Of a DNA stretch of 64,000 nt, positions 36,081-47,328 are shown one piece after another. The notes beneath the pieces were generated by a model, which worked only from the letters and a program-made list of their open reading frames with translations, was not told the origin of the DNA and ran no database searches. The translations under genes were made by a program, and so were the position numbers. Source of the stretch: Camelus ferus (Eukaryota); NCBI RefSeq assembly GCF_009834535.1, contig NC_045697.1, forward strand, positions 27,592,001-27,656,000, read 5' to 3'. Each line of letters opens with the position of its first letter. Position 1 is the first letter of the stretch.

Positions 36081-36195
36081 CAGGAATAAACGAGCAATAA
36101 GAGAATGAATAGGATCGGATGAGGAAAGTCGAACGGAAAGAAGGACTACGCGACTCCTCACGGAATCAGCCTACGCCTCCTCCGCCAGAAGCCCC

Positions 36196-36294
36196 GAAGA
36201 AGAAGAAGAAGAAGAAGAAGAAGAAGAAGAAGAAGAAGAAGAAGAAGAAGAAGAAGAAGAAGAAGAAGAAGAAGAAGAAGAAGAAGAAGAAGAA
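36196..36294. repeat. (GAA)33 pure trinucleotide repeat
   Basis: 99 bp uninterrupted; matches the 33-lysine run in ORF 36119-36328. Confidence 0.98.
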
Positions 36295-36904
36295 GCAGCT
36301 TTGTTTTGTAAGAAGGAAAAAGCATTAAAAAGAAAATCTGTGCAGGTGTTTTTGGAGTCAGCTTCTGTACGATGAAAGAAAGAAGGGGTGGGATCTTTGC
36401 AGGTAGCCTGAAAGACGGGGAAAATAAGAGACTGAAAATGCAAGATAAATTTCTGACCTTTGTGGGAGGAACCTTCACATAAGCCCACAAAAAGTTGGCT
36501 TTCGACTAAGTTCCCGAAAGAAAAAGTCAGTTTCCTGTTTGCTTAGAATTATATTTTAATGTCTTTTTTGGTCTTAGATAATTTTCAAGAACACATGGAA
36601 AAAATTTTGGCAATACCTTCTTCATCCCCAAAGAACTATGCAAATGAAAATGGTACAGAATTCACTTCGATCAATCAAGGACCACACTCCATTTGATATC
36701 AAAACTATCTCTGGAGATAATTTACAGCCGTGTACTGGTAAAAAGAAAAAAAAATGCTGAGCAGCATTTTACAACGTTTAGGACAGGAAGTAAAAATTCT
36801 TAAGACAATGCAACAGGAGGAAAAGAAAAAAAAAACATACACACAAATAAGCCAAACTCTGCTATCTAAGATTAAATCTGACCGGGCTAGTAATAGTGGT
36901 AGTA

Positions 36905-37120
36905 GTGGTAGAAATCAGAGCCAAAAATATTTTGAACACATTGGGTCAATAATTGTACTTAATGTTTTACATGCATTATTTTATTTAATCCTGTCAGCAT
37001 TATATGCTTGGGAAAAGAAGGTAAATTGTTAGTCCCCAGCTAGCAGGCACTGGAGCCAAGATATAAACACAAGTCTGTCTGATTTCCAGGAGCTTAGCTC
37101 TTAACCACTAGGATATGTTG
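36905..37120 (-). mobile_element. MIR SINE (degenerate)
   Basis: TTTTACATGCATTATTTTATTTAATCCT...AGTCTGTCTGATTTCCAG...GCTCTTAACCACTA. Confidence 0.7.
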
Positions 37121-37399
37121 CCTGACCTTGATGCTATAATAATAGGTTTTGGTCAAACTCAATTGTTTTTTTGCTGCAGAACTCATGTACTCATGCATTA
37201 TTATCCATAGATTAGTAAATAGAAAAGTGCTGTGAAATGATGAAATAGTTGTATGATTTTACATACAATAAATGTTGTATTATATGCCCCCAGTAGAAAT
37301 ATTTAGAAATATTTGGGGCAGCAATCTTTGTCAGTTCTTAACCCACAAGTAAAGCTAAGCTCTATGAATTATGCATCACTTCTATTTTCTCAGCCTTCT

Positions 37400-37925
37400 A
37401 CAATTGGTAAAACCATTAATAAATTGATCAAGAATAAAAGAGAAATAATATAAATTATGACTATCAGGAAGTAAAGAGCAAATAGCAGTAGACAGCCTAT
37501 AGACATGAAAAGAACAAAAAGGATATTTTAGACAAAATTTGCAGTACATTTGACAATTTAGAATAAAAACATTTCTTGACAGACAACTTTCCCATACTGA
37601 CACAATAGAAAATAGAAAATCTGAATAGTGTTCTGTCTATCAGAGGAGCTGAAATTTACCTAAAGTCTTTTCATAAAGAAAACCGCAGGGCCAGATAATT
37701 TTGCCGGTGAATTCAATCAAATATTAAGGGATAAATAACATCAATCTTAGATAAATGTTTTCCAAAAACTTGTTTTATGGGACTAGCATACCTTGATACC
37801 AAGACCTGATAAAGACATTAGAAATAAAATAAAATTACTGACCAATGTTCTTCATGAGCATTCTTAACAGAATGTTGACAAAGTTAATTCAGCTGTATAT
37901 AAAAAATAGTAATGCATTATGACCA
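37400..37925 (+). mobile_element. Old L1 ORF2 fragment
   Basis: AAAATCTGAATAG, GGCCAGATAATTTTGCCGGTGAATTC, ACCTTGATACCAAGACCTGATAAAGAC (degenerate GPDGF and TLIPKP motifs). Confidence 0.8.
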
Positions 37926-38059
37926 TGTGTAATTCTGGGGTCTTTGGAGAAACGGAAGCAATAGGATATATTACAGAGATACATCACAGGAGATTTACTG
38001 TAGGAAATAGCTCCCGTGGTTATGTAGTGTTAGCAAAATTTGTTTTCCACCCCCTTCAT

Positions 38060-38842
38060 TTTATCTCTAGAACATACTTTCTTGATAGTGGATTTTTTAT
38101 TTTTAGCATCTTTTGTGATCTGGATCGTCTGGGAATTTACCAAATCACCAAGTTCTAATTCTTTTTAGTTTACTTATTAATAGTTTTTCCCTCAATTTAT
38201 CTCCTTCCTCTCATGGTTTACTAATAGCATCAGGAAGAAACCCAGTTTCATATTTAACACTCTGCTTGGAAAACTCCTCAGGTAAAATACAGTTTCATCA
38301 TTTACAATTTCTGTTTTCCATATAAACGTCAACAGAATTTCTGCCATATATAACTAACATCCCCTTTCCTCTAGTTTCCAATAACGTATTCCTCCAGAGC
38401 CATCATCAGCAGTGCCTCTAAAGTCCGTCTTTCTGCTAATAATCTGTTTACAACAACTTAGGTATTTCCAAGGCAATTTGTGTTTTCTCTGCCATGGTCC
38501 TCACTTCCTCTGAGCCCTCTCTGGCAGAGCCTTTAACATCCAGATTTCTACTAACAATCTGTTCAAAGTAATCTAGGCTTCCTTCCATGCGTCTCAAAAT
38601 CCTTCCAGCCTCCGTGCAATGCCCACTTCCAAAGCAACCTCCATATTTTGAGGTATTTGTTATAGCAGCAGCCTCACTTCCCAGAACCAAACTCTGTGTT
38701 CATTTTCCATGGCTGCTGTAACAAATGACCTCAAATTTAGTGGCTTAACCCAAATGCATCATATTACTGCTCTGTAGGTTTCATGAGCTAAAATTGAGGT
38801 GTTGATAATCAAGGCTACATTCCTTTCTGGTGGCCCCAGGGG
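38060..38842 (-). mobile_element. MLT1 LTR 3' part (about 38695-38842) with attached MLT1-int
   Basis: GCTGCTGTAACAAATGACCTCAAATTTAGTGGCTTAA LTR end; int translation LDYFEQIVSRN resembles LKHFEQTVSRS of the copy at 4.5 kb. Confidence 0.7.
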
Positions 38843-38849
38843 ACTAAAA

Positions 38850-39605
38850 GAAATGTCCACAAGAACAACAACAACTTGTACAAGTAGCTTTATTGAAAAT
38901 AGACCCAAACCAGAAACAACCTAAATGTCCACCAATGGAAAAACAGATAAATAAAGTCGATACATTCTTACAAAGAAACACTTCAGCATAACAGAAAGGA
39001 AACCAACTACTAAACAGGCAACAGTATGGATGAATCTGGAAAGCACTATGCTGAGTAAAAAAGCTCTCTATATCTAGTATGACCATGAAGTTCTAAAACA
39101 GACAAAATGATTCTATGATGAAAAAAAGCCAAATAGTGATTAAATGGGAGTAAGGAAGTAGCAACAGGGATTGACTAGGACAGGACAGGAGGGAATTTTC
39201 TGCAGTGAAGGTAATGTTCTATATTTTGATAACTATTCAGACAGACAGGTACAAGCACTTGCCAAACTAACCAAATGAAATACTTAAATACATATTTCAA
39301 TGTCCATAAACTTTACAAAAAATCCTGTAAGGAACTGAAAATAAATATAGAACTCCAGCTATGATATGCATGGTAAAGTATTTATAAGAGGGTATACTAC
39401 CATTTGCAACTTACTTTCATTTTCATTAAAAAAATTAACTGGATTGATGGATGGATAGAAGGATGAGTAGATGGATAGTTATGAGCTAAAGCAAATACAG
39501 CAAAACACTAATTATAGACTCTAGAGAGGGGTAGACAGGTATTTACTGTAAAACTATTTTCAACTTTCTCTGTATATTTGAAAATATTCATAATAAAATA
39601 TTGGA
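38850..39605 (+). mobile_element. Old L1 3' end (L1MC/MD-like)
   Basis: AAACAACCTAAATGTCCACCAAT, ATGGATGAATCT...ATGCTGAGT, TTTTCAACTTTCTCTGTATATTTGAAAATATTCATAATAAAAT. Confidence 0.8.
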
Positions 39606-41789
39606 GGGGAAAAGGTTACCATTCTCTGTGGTTGGACCACACTCAAAATGCGAATCTAATCAAGGGCTACAAAGACCTTTCCACATGTAACTGCTGCAGG
39701 GTGCAGACTGCCGTGTCTCCCCAACTCCTCTGCAGCACACATCTATTAAAAACAAACATCAAACAAAAGATTTCTACAAGGTAGTCTAAAGTTAGGGGAA
39801 AAAAAATCACACAGCTTTTCAGAAAATGACATTTGTTCCTGGTAGGACAGATACTAAACACTTAGTGCCATTAATGTGAAATTATTATTAGTGTTAGCAA
39901 TATCTGTAGAAATTTTCTATAGGTGGAACTGAATAATTGGATGGCTGGTTCAAAATAAAGCAACTTGTTACCTAAAATGGTAAATCATAAAAAAGTCAAG
40001 TCACAACTAAAGATACAACTTTCAAAAACAGTGCTAACATTTGAAAATTTTAAACGCTAGTAGTTTTAATACTGTATATTCGTGTGTGTGTGTGTGTGTG
40101 TGTATGCTTTTATCCTTTAACTTTCTACTGTTTAGAAATAAGTAAAAAGGTAGCTTCTATAGAAAGATAAGATTTTTAAGCTACTGTAGCAAATTAACTC
40201 TTCACAGTGCTGCTAGTATTTTTAAAGCTCCTTTGGCACTGAACAGCTCCAGGGTGATTAAAACCATAGGTAACACTTATTCTCACAAATGAAATCATTT
40301 TCTACTCACAGAACAAATACGCTTTAGACTAAAAGGTGATTACATTTGCAAAGCACTTTACCAAATGGGAGACATAAATGGTTATTACTTAGAGTAAGCC
40401 ATTGTTGGACACTTTCTTTATTCTGATTTCTTTGAGATCTTTAAATTTATTGCTTTCCAATTACGCAATTTATTGGAGGGAGTGAGGTTCAGCTCTCTCC
40501 TTGCTGAAACACTCAATGTGATTCGAAAGGCAGAGGCAGAGACACGATGAACTCATGGGCCACTTTGCCTTTTAGCAAATGCAGGAACAGATGAATACTG
40601 TGTGAAACTAATTGTATTTGAAAGGACCACCCGTTGCAGAATGTTAAGTAGTTTTTTTTTTTTAACCTTTGCTCCCTTTTCTCTCTTCTTCATGATGAGC
40701 AAGACCATCAAAGAGACATCATGGCATCATAATGACTCTCGACAGGTCCGATTCTTGTAAGAAAAATTGCTGGCTGTAGCAATGCTGGTCGTGAGGAGCC
40801 TCATCCTGAATTTCATACATATAATTTTGCTCTGATTCGAACTAGGACACAAGCCAGGCTGCTCATGGAAGATGGGTGGGATAAAAGAAAAAGATCTGGG
40901 AAAGTAGATGGAAGAATTTAAAACTCAGTGTTCCAAGGGAGAGGGTAAGAAGGTGGAGAAGATGGTCAGAGATGCAGCTTTCCCCGCCGCCTCTGGAGTG
41001 CTGAAAATGCTCCTGTGTCAGTGGCCTTATAGGGGGCCCCTCCCTCTGCTCCCGCAGCCCAGAGGAACCCTAGTCAGTCTCCATTATACTAGTGATTTAT
41101 GAGGACAGAAACTGCTCAGAACATTAAAATTGGATTTGTGTATCATCAAATAATCAGCCAACAGTTCCTAGGCAACTTCTTTGTGCAGGGCATTGTGGGG
41201 GAATGACAGACATGAAGAGGAAATAGAGCCTCTTCCCGGGCGTTTTATGATCTGAGAGCTTGAACAGAGCATATGTGTGATCTGCACCCTGGCAATCTGG
41301 GGACCTGAACATCTGACTGACTGAAAAACCAAGGTACAGACAAATGACTCATCGCAGTAGTGCTAGGACAGAGCAAAACTGAGCTGCTCTGACCCCTAGT
41401 CTATTTCACTCTTCTCATAGAAAACTTTGCTCTATTCATGTAAAACAGAGTGTGAAGTATAAATTGGTCCAAAGGGGGAGTCACTGAAAAATAAAATACT
41501 CGAACCGGGGAAAAACACTAAAACATCACCTAGTCCAGTAATTCTTTTTTAAGTCTATGGAGCCTAGGTTCCTCAGAGGTGGAGGGGAGGGAAGGGAGGT
41601 GGGGAGGGAAGGGAGTTGGGGAGTGGGGAGTGGGAGGCAGGGAGGAAGACCACCGATGTAAGTTAGATCTATTTGACCTGAGGGTAGAGAGGTTAAGTAA
41701 CTGACCCAAGGCCATACAGCTAGCACAGAAATCTGATTTCCAGACTGGACCACTTTCATACGCACTGTCATACTGACGCTTTAACATCT

Positions 41790-43650
41790 GTGGCACCCAC
41801 TATGAGTTACCGTCCCAATAGCCATCCCCTGCACGACCCTCCCCACCCCTGGTCTTTTCTTCCTTGCCACTAGAACCCTGTATTCGTCAGGTATGGGAAG
41901 TCCATATATTTCAGGAATGGCCGAGTCCCTCTCTAGCCTAAAAGGTGAGTCTTAGTCAATCTATGGTAATTATGGTATAGAAGATAGTGGGTATCTGTTC
42001 TAGGCATGGGTGCCCATCATCTTTTGGATATTCTTTCTACATTTAAGGAAAGTTGAGATAAGCTATGTTGGTATTGGTATTGAAAACTGGGGCAAGAGTG
42101 TTGGCATTATCCATTCTGCCTTGCTCATATTCTGACTCCCTGGCAGCTAAGACACAATATAGACTCCACCCATCAGATGCACCTGTGTAAGATGTCAATT
42201 CAAAAGCAAGCAATGTGGGGAGTTTTAATTTTTTTGTTGGCTCAGAGGAGTAATTGAAGTGTCTGGCTTTCAGTGGCAGTAGTGTCATAAGTACAAGGTT
42301 CAAAGGTAAGTTTCTGGTGCAGAGGAGGCAGGAGTCGGGCAGTAGTTTCCTCTGATGCTCAGTGGGGTGGAGCCACTGGGGCTGTCTCCTATCCTGCCAG
42401 TTCTGGGGTGTAGTCAGGAAGATTGTTTGTTGGGAGCTTACCTTCAAGCCTAGTTCTCAGGCTCTCCCCAAAATACTGCGAGCAATTGTTTAACTTTTTA
42501 TAATGTATTATAGAAGTGTTGAAAGCCAGCTGAAAGTAGAGGGCGTCATATGAAATCCTGTGTATGCATTCCCATCACTGAAAATTATCAACAGCTTTGT
42601 CAGTCTTGTCTTACCTGTCCCCTTCCACCACTTCTTTCCCCTGGAGTATTTTAAAGCAAATGCCAGGCATCAGTCATATCATTTTACTCATAAATACTTC
42701 TCCATGTCATTATTACCCACCAGAATTAGTAGCATCTGATGTCCTTAATATCCTCTGACATCCAGTTCATAGCTGAATTTCCCTAGTTGTCTCAAATATG
42801 TATTTTATGGTTGGCTTGCTTAAATCAGGATCCAAAAGTGTTCACATCATTGCATTTGACTGTCATGTCTCTTAAATCTCTTTTATTCTAACAGTCTCCC
42901 TCCCTCCGTGTTTTTTCATGCCATTGGTTTGCTGGAAAAACTGGATCATTTGCCCCATATGATGTCCTATATCCTGGATTTAGTTGTTTTTCTCCTTGTG
43001 GTGCTGTTTAGCTAGTTCCTCTATCCCCAGTATTTCCTTTAAACTGGTAGTTGAATCTGGAGACTTGATAAGATTCACTTGCCATTTCATGGTTTTGCAA
43101 GGATACTTCTCAAGCTGTGCTGGGTCCTTGTATCACATCTTATCAGGAGATGCACACTGGCTGGTCCTCCGTTCAATGATGCTAAGATTATTGCTGACCT
43201 ACAGCCAATATCTTTTTAAAAAATTCCTTTCCTTCTGTATCATCTAGAATCAACTTCTAAGGTCCACAATGGAACATTCTAACTGATTTATGTGGTAATT
43301 TTTTTCCTGGGAAGAGGCCCACTGAGATGTGATGGAAGGTTTGCAAGGAAACTCTTATGAGTAAGCATCTTTGGTCTGAGGGTGGGCCCAAAGAAAGGAC
43401 ATTCTTTCTTTCAACGTTTGGAAATTATTGTATGAGGACATGATGTTTGAGGTTGCCAGAGCCATTATGCAGCCATGAAGGGACAATCTGAGGACAAAAG
43501 CCAAACCACAGAGGATGGCAGAGACAGGATAGAAAGAACTGTAGGCACTTAGTGATGTCATTAAGCATCTATCATATTTAAACCAGGAACTGTACTTCTT
43601 CCAAACTTCTTACATGAGATAATAAATTGCCCTATTTCAAAATTTCTTGC
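41790..43650 (+). mobile_element. Old MLT1K/L-like LTR interrupted by an LTR33-like element (about 42050-43270)
   Basis: Right part GAGGACATGATGTTTGAGGTTGCCAGAGCCATTATGCAGCCATGAAGGG is MLT1-like; GACTCCCTGGCAGCTAAG...CCATCAGATGCACC resembles LTR33. Confidence 0.55.
42495..43195 (-). mobile_element. L1MC-like 3' end
   Basis: CTGGAGTATTTTAAAGCAAAT, AATCAGGATCCAAA, CATTGCATTTGACTG, GAAAAACTGGATCATTTG. Confidence 0.75.
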
Positions 43651-44699
43651 TTGTTTTTATGACATGACACACGTAGAAAATGATTATGTTTGTATAGCAC
43701 TCTGGAACAGGAACTCTTTGAGGGCTTGTATTATATGGAAAATATGGCTACAAAAAATAAAATACAGTGAGTGGGGAATATATTGGACACAGAATTTATA
43801 TAGAATTTCCAAATAACAATATTTCAAAAATTTTATGAGGCACTTGAGCTTTCTTTTGTGAACACAACGTCTATTTTAATCAGAGGTTAATGCTTGGAAT
43901 GGTGACATGAAATTACTGATAAAAATCTGTAATAATGATATCTTCAAATACTTGAATGTGGCCATCAACAAGAAACTGCAAAAGTAGTTTAAAAAATTTA
44001 AACCATTAAAAAACTATTTAAAAATACAATAGTCGAAATTGTATTTGACAAGTTCAACAGCTCATTTTTCTGTCATTGAAAATTTAGTGCTGAAATGTCT
44101 TGAATTAATGCAATGGACTTCTCATCTACTTAAAAAATTTCATGCAAAGTATTTCAAAATAATGCAAAGTTCTAAATTATGGGTACACTGGTAAAGCAGA
44201 GAACCTACAGCCAGCTCAGATGCCATTATATGGCAATATTAGCTACAAAGGGAGAGAAGTACTTAGTATGTATCAAGACAAACGTTTCGGCCACCATTTG
44301 GAGTTGTGCTGCCCCTGCCTTACCTCTACACCCCTCCTCAAAGCTTAGCCTTCATGCTGTACTCTTTGGGCACCTGGAACATGAACATTCCTACAGCTTC
44401 ACTGGAGACATCCATGTCCAGTGGCAGAGCACCTCCTTGGCTAAACTCAACATGTCATGATGGCGCTGTGGTACTCATCCCACTCAGGCTAGCCTGTGAA
44501 GAGCCCGTGGTGAGGCTTCTTGTGGCAGAAGCCCACCTGCAGAAAGATCCCAGCTGGCTGCCAGAGGCTAAAAGGATTGGTACCTCCCAGCACAGGATGC
44601 TACACCAGCTCCGTGCTTCTCTACACCATCCTGACTTTCAGGTATGATCATGCTGAAGATCTTATCCTCGATGGAAAGAAGGAATTCCAATATAGCAGA

Positions 44700-45168
44700 T
44701 GCTTCTGGTCCCTGTGTCCTCTTACCTTGGCCCCCCTCTGATTGAAGCACAGCTGTCGTAGACACTTACATGTGACTTAAGTCTTACCATGTGATGCCAG
44801 CCCTTCATCATAAGTGCATTCTACCCCAACATCGTCTCCCAGGCAGGTACTGATCAGAAGTGTGAAGGATGCCCCAGAGGCATACCTCATTCGATAATGA
44901 GAAGGAGCTAGGAAATGCTCCAACCTAGGTCTTCTGAGAGGATAATTTGGGGGGGGGGTTCTTTACAATCCTCTAAAGTACTGTGGAACCAAGCTTCCAT
45001 TGCACACAGCAGTGACCTTGACCACGAACTTCATTTTGGCTTTCCTTCTGCCTGCCTCTCACTCTCCTTGTTCCCTCCCTCCTACTTCTGGGGACAGCCT
45101 CCCAAATTAACCACCTGGACCCCAGATCTTGTCCCAGGTTCTGATATTTGAAAAATCCATACTAAGAA
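44700..45168 (+). mobile_element. ERVL LTR, LTR16-like
   Basis: 3' part CCATTGCACACAGCAGTGACC...CTCCCAAATTAACCACCTG...GTCCCAGGTTCTG...ACTAAGA; 5' boundary uncertain. Confidence 0.6.
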
Positions 45169-45741
45169 ATCTAATACTGAAATTCTTTGTATGTAAGTTA
45201 GAATCTTGTCAAATAAATGGACTGATTTTTATAGGAGCCTATCCAAAATAAAAATTTTATTTTTGATAACAATGCTCATTTCTTAAAAATCAAAGACAGC
45301 ATTATCTGGAGGGATTACACTGAAGCTGGATTCCCGCTGTGGCTCTGATGACAGTCCAAAACACTGCGTGATATCTCATTAACAATGCAGACTTCCCCCA
45401 ACGTGGAGCTGACAGCATTTCTAAATATAGTTTCTAAACTGACTGTTTGCAACTTGAAATGTATTTTCTAAGAGAAAATATTGCCTTTTCAAAAAGGAAG
45501 TATTCCAAATGGCAAAGCACAGTTCCAAGGCAAAGATTTATTCACTCCTGTTTTTCTTTGCCAAAGAAGAGGTAAAACAATGGAGATGTGGGCTTCTCAA
45601 GTTTTCCCTTGCAGAAGTGGCTCTCCCTCAAGGTGCAGTTAAGACCAAGAGGGACAGAGAGGGTGCCCATGTCAGAGGACTAGTAAATAAAAGAGAGTGA
45701 TGACCTGATGCTGCAGTTGGGAAAATGTGACTATCAATAAC

Positions 45742-46221
45742 TATACTGGGTTAGATAATGTCTCCCCAAATTCATGTCCACAGAATTGGAGGTGAACCTT
45801 AGAGCATGAGCTTATCTGGAAGCAAGGTCTTTGCATCTGCAATTCATTAAGTTAAGATGAGGTCATATTGGATTAAGATGGGCCCTAAATCCAGGGACTT
45901 GTATTCTTATAAGAAGGCCACGTGGAGACCCAGACACACACACAGAGGGAGGAAGGTCATGTGACAGCAGAGGCAGAGACAGAAGTGAGGTAGCTACAAG
46001 CCAAGGAGCGCCAAGGATTGCTGGGAGCCACCAGAAACTGGAGGAAGTTAAGGGAGGACTCCCCCCAGAGCCTTTTCCCCTGGAGGGTCTAGAACTCAAC
46101 CAAAACCTTGGATTCAGACTTCTCGCCTCCTGAACTGCAAGATACTGAAAATATATATCTTTATTGTTTTAAGCCACCCAGTTTTTGGTAATTTTTATGG
46201 CATCTCTAAGAAACTAATGTA
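45742..46221 (+). mobile_element. MaLR LTR, MLT1C-like
   Basis: TTAAGATGAGGTCATATTGGATTAAGATGGGCCCTAAATCC, CAAGCCAAGGA...GCCACCAGAAACT, TTTTAAGCCACCCAGTTT. Confidence 0.85.
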
Positions 46222-47133
46222 ATAACTACCAAATACTTGGAGCTGGGTCTTGGATCAAAACATATTAATCATTTATTTTCAAATATCAGTTTTCTGCCCC
46301 ATTCTCAAGGGAGGAGGGGGAAGGTTACAGCCACCTCTTTGTTTCTAAAGTTGCCAAGTAGCTGAAACAGAAGAGAATCTCTCATATGTCTACGGCCTGT
46401 GGTAGGATACGATGTGGAGTAATGTAACAGTGTAATGTCATGTCCAGGGTCAGGATTAAAGCCCGTCTCAATGGTTCTAGTAATGGGAATGAGGAACACT
46501 GACTGAGTGCTTACTGAGTGGCAGGAGCTGCCTAACGCACTCATCTTCGCAGCAACACTGTCATAGGGCTGGTAATATTATTGGCAACTGCATTTGGCAG
46601 GTAAGGAAACTGAGCCTCGTGACCAAAGCCAGGCTTTGTCAGGGCAGCTGTGACTTCAGAGCCGTTTTTCCTAATGAATTTGCTATGTGCCTCGTGAACA
46701 CAGTGATGCCACATGAAATGATTCTTTTAAGCAAATAAAAATGTCTCAGTGACTCTCCTCACTCCTGATCCATCCTTACCCAATTGCCTGGAATCTGTCT
46801 CCGCTGAGTGTGGTGGACGATTTGCTCCAGATTAGAATCTTACAGCGTCTGATGGTCTAAGATCCACCCTGCTCAGGAAGTCAATGGCTAACTTTATTAC
46901 CTAAGGCAGATCTGGTATACAGTTAACTCTTCTTTCAAATGTGAAATTGTCTTTCCTGAGGTGTGTGGATTCTGTGACACCTCAAGTTATTTTTATCTTT
47001 AAAGAACTCAGGCTAGTATTTGTGAAGTAATTTTACTAAGGACACCCTGCTAGTTTTGCTAACTTTAAATAATCTGTCACCATTTCCCTTTAAACTATAG
47101 GGTAAAATTCAAACTCCTTAGTATGTGCTACAT

Positions 47134-47328
47134 GAGAGGTTGGCAAACTTTTGCTGTCAATGTCCAGATGGTAAACGTTTTAGGCTTGCAGTAGTTACGA
47201 ATGAGAAAGCAGTTGTAGACCGTGTGTAAATGAATGGGCAGAGCTGTATTCCAATAAAGCTTTATTTAAAAAGACAAAAGGCAAGGAGCCAGATTTGGCC
47301 TGAGGGCCATAGTTTGCCCATGCTGCTG
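47134..47328 (+). mobile_element. MER58A (hAT-Charlie), inserted in an L2 fragment (about 47060-47560)
   Basis: GGTTGGCAAACT...GTAAACGTTTTAGGCTT...CCAATAAAGCTTTATTT...GATTTGGCC...CCATAGTTTGCC. Confidence 0.85.

Noticed and set aside
36119..36490. Poly-K, poly-L and poly-S ORFs
   Set aside because: Three readings of the (GAA)33 repeat; no sign of a real gene.
43680..44180. AT-rich stretch resembling a decayed DNA-transposon interior
   Set aside because: No terminal inverted repeats or family motif that I can identify; needs a Dfam search.
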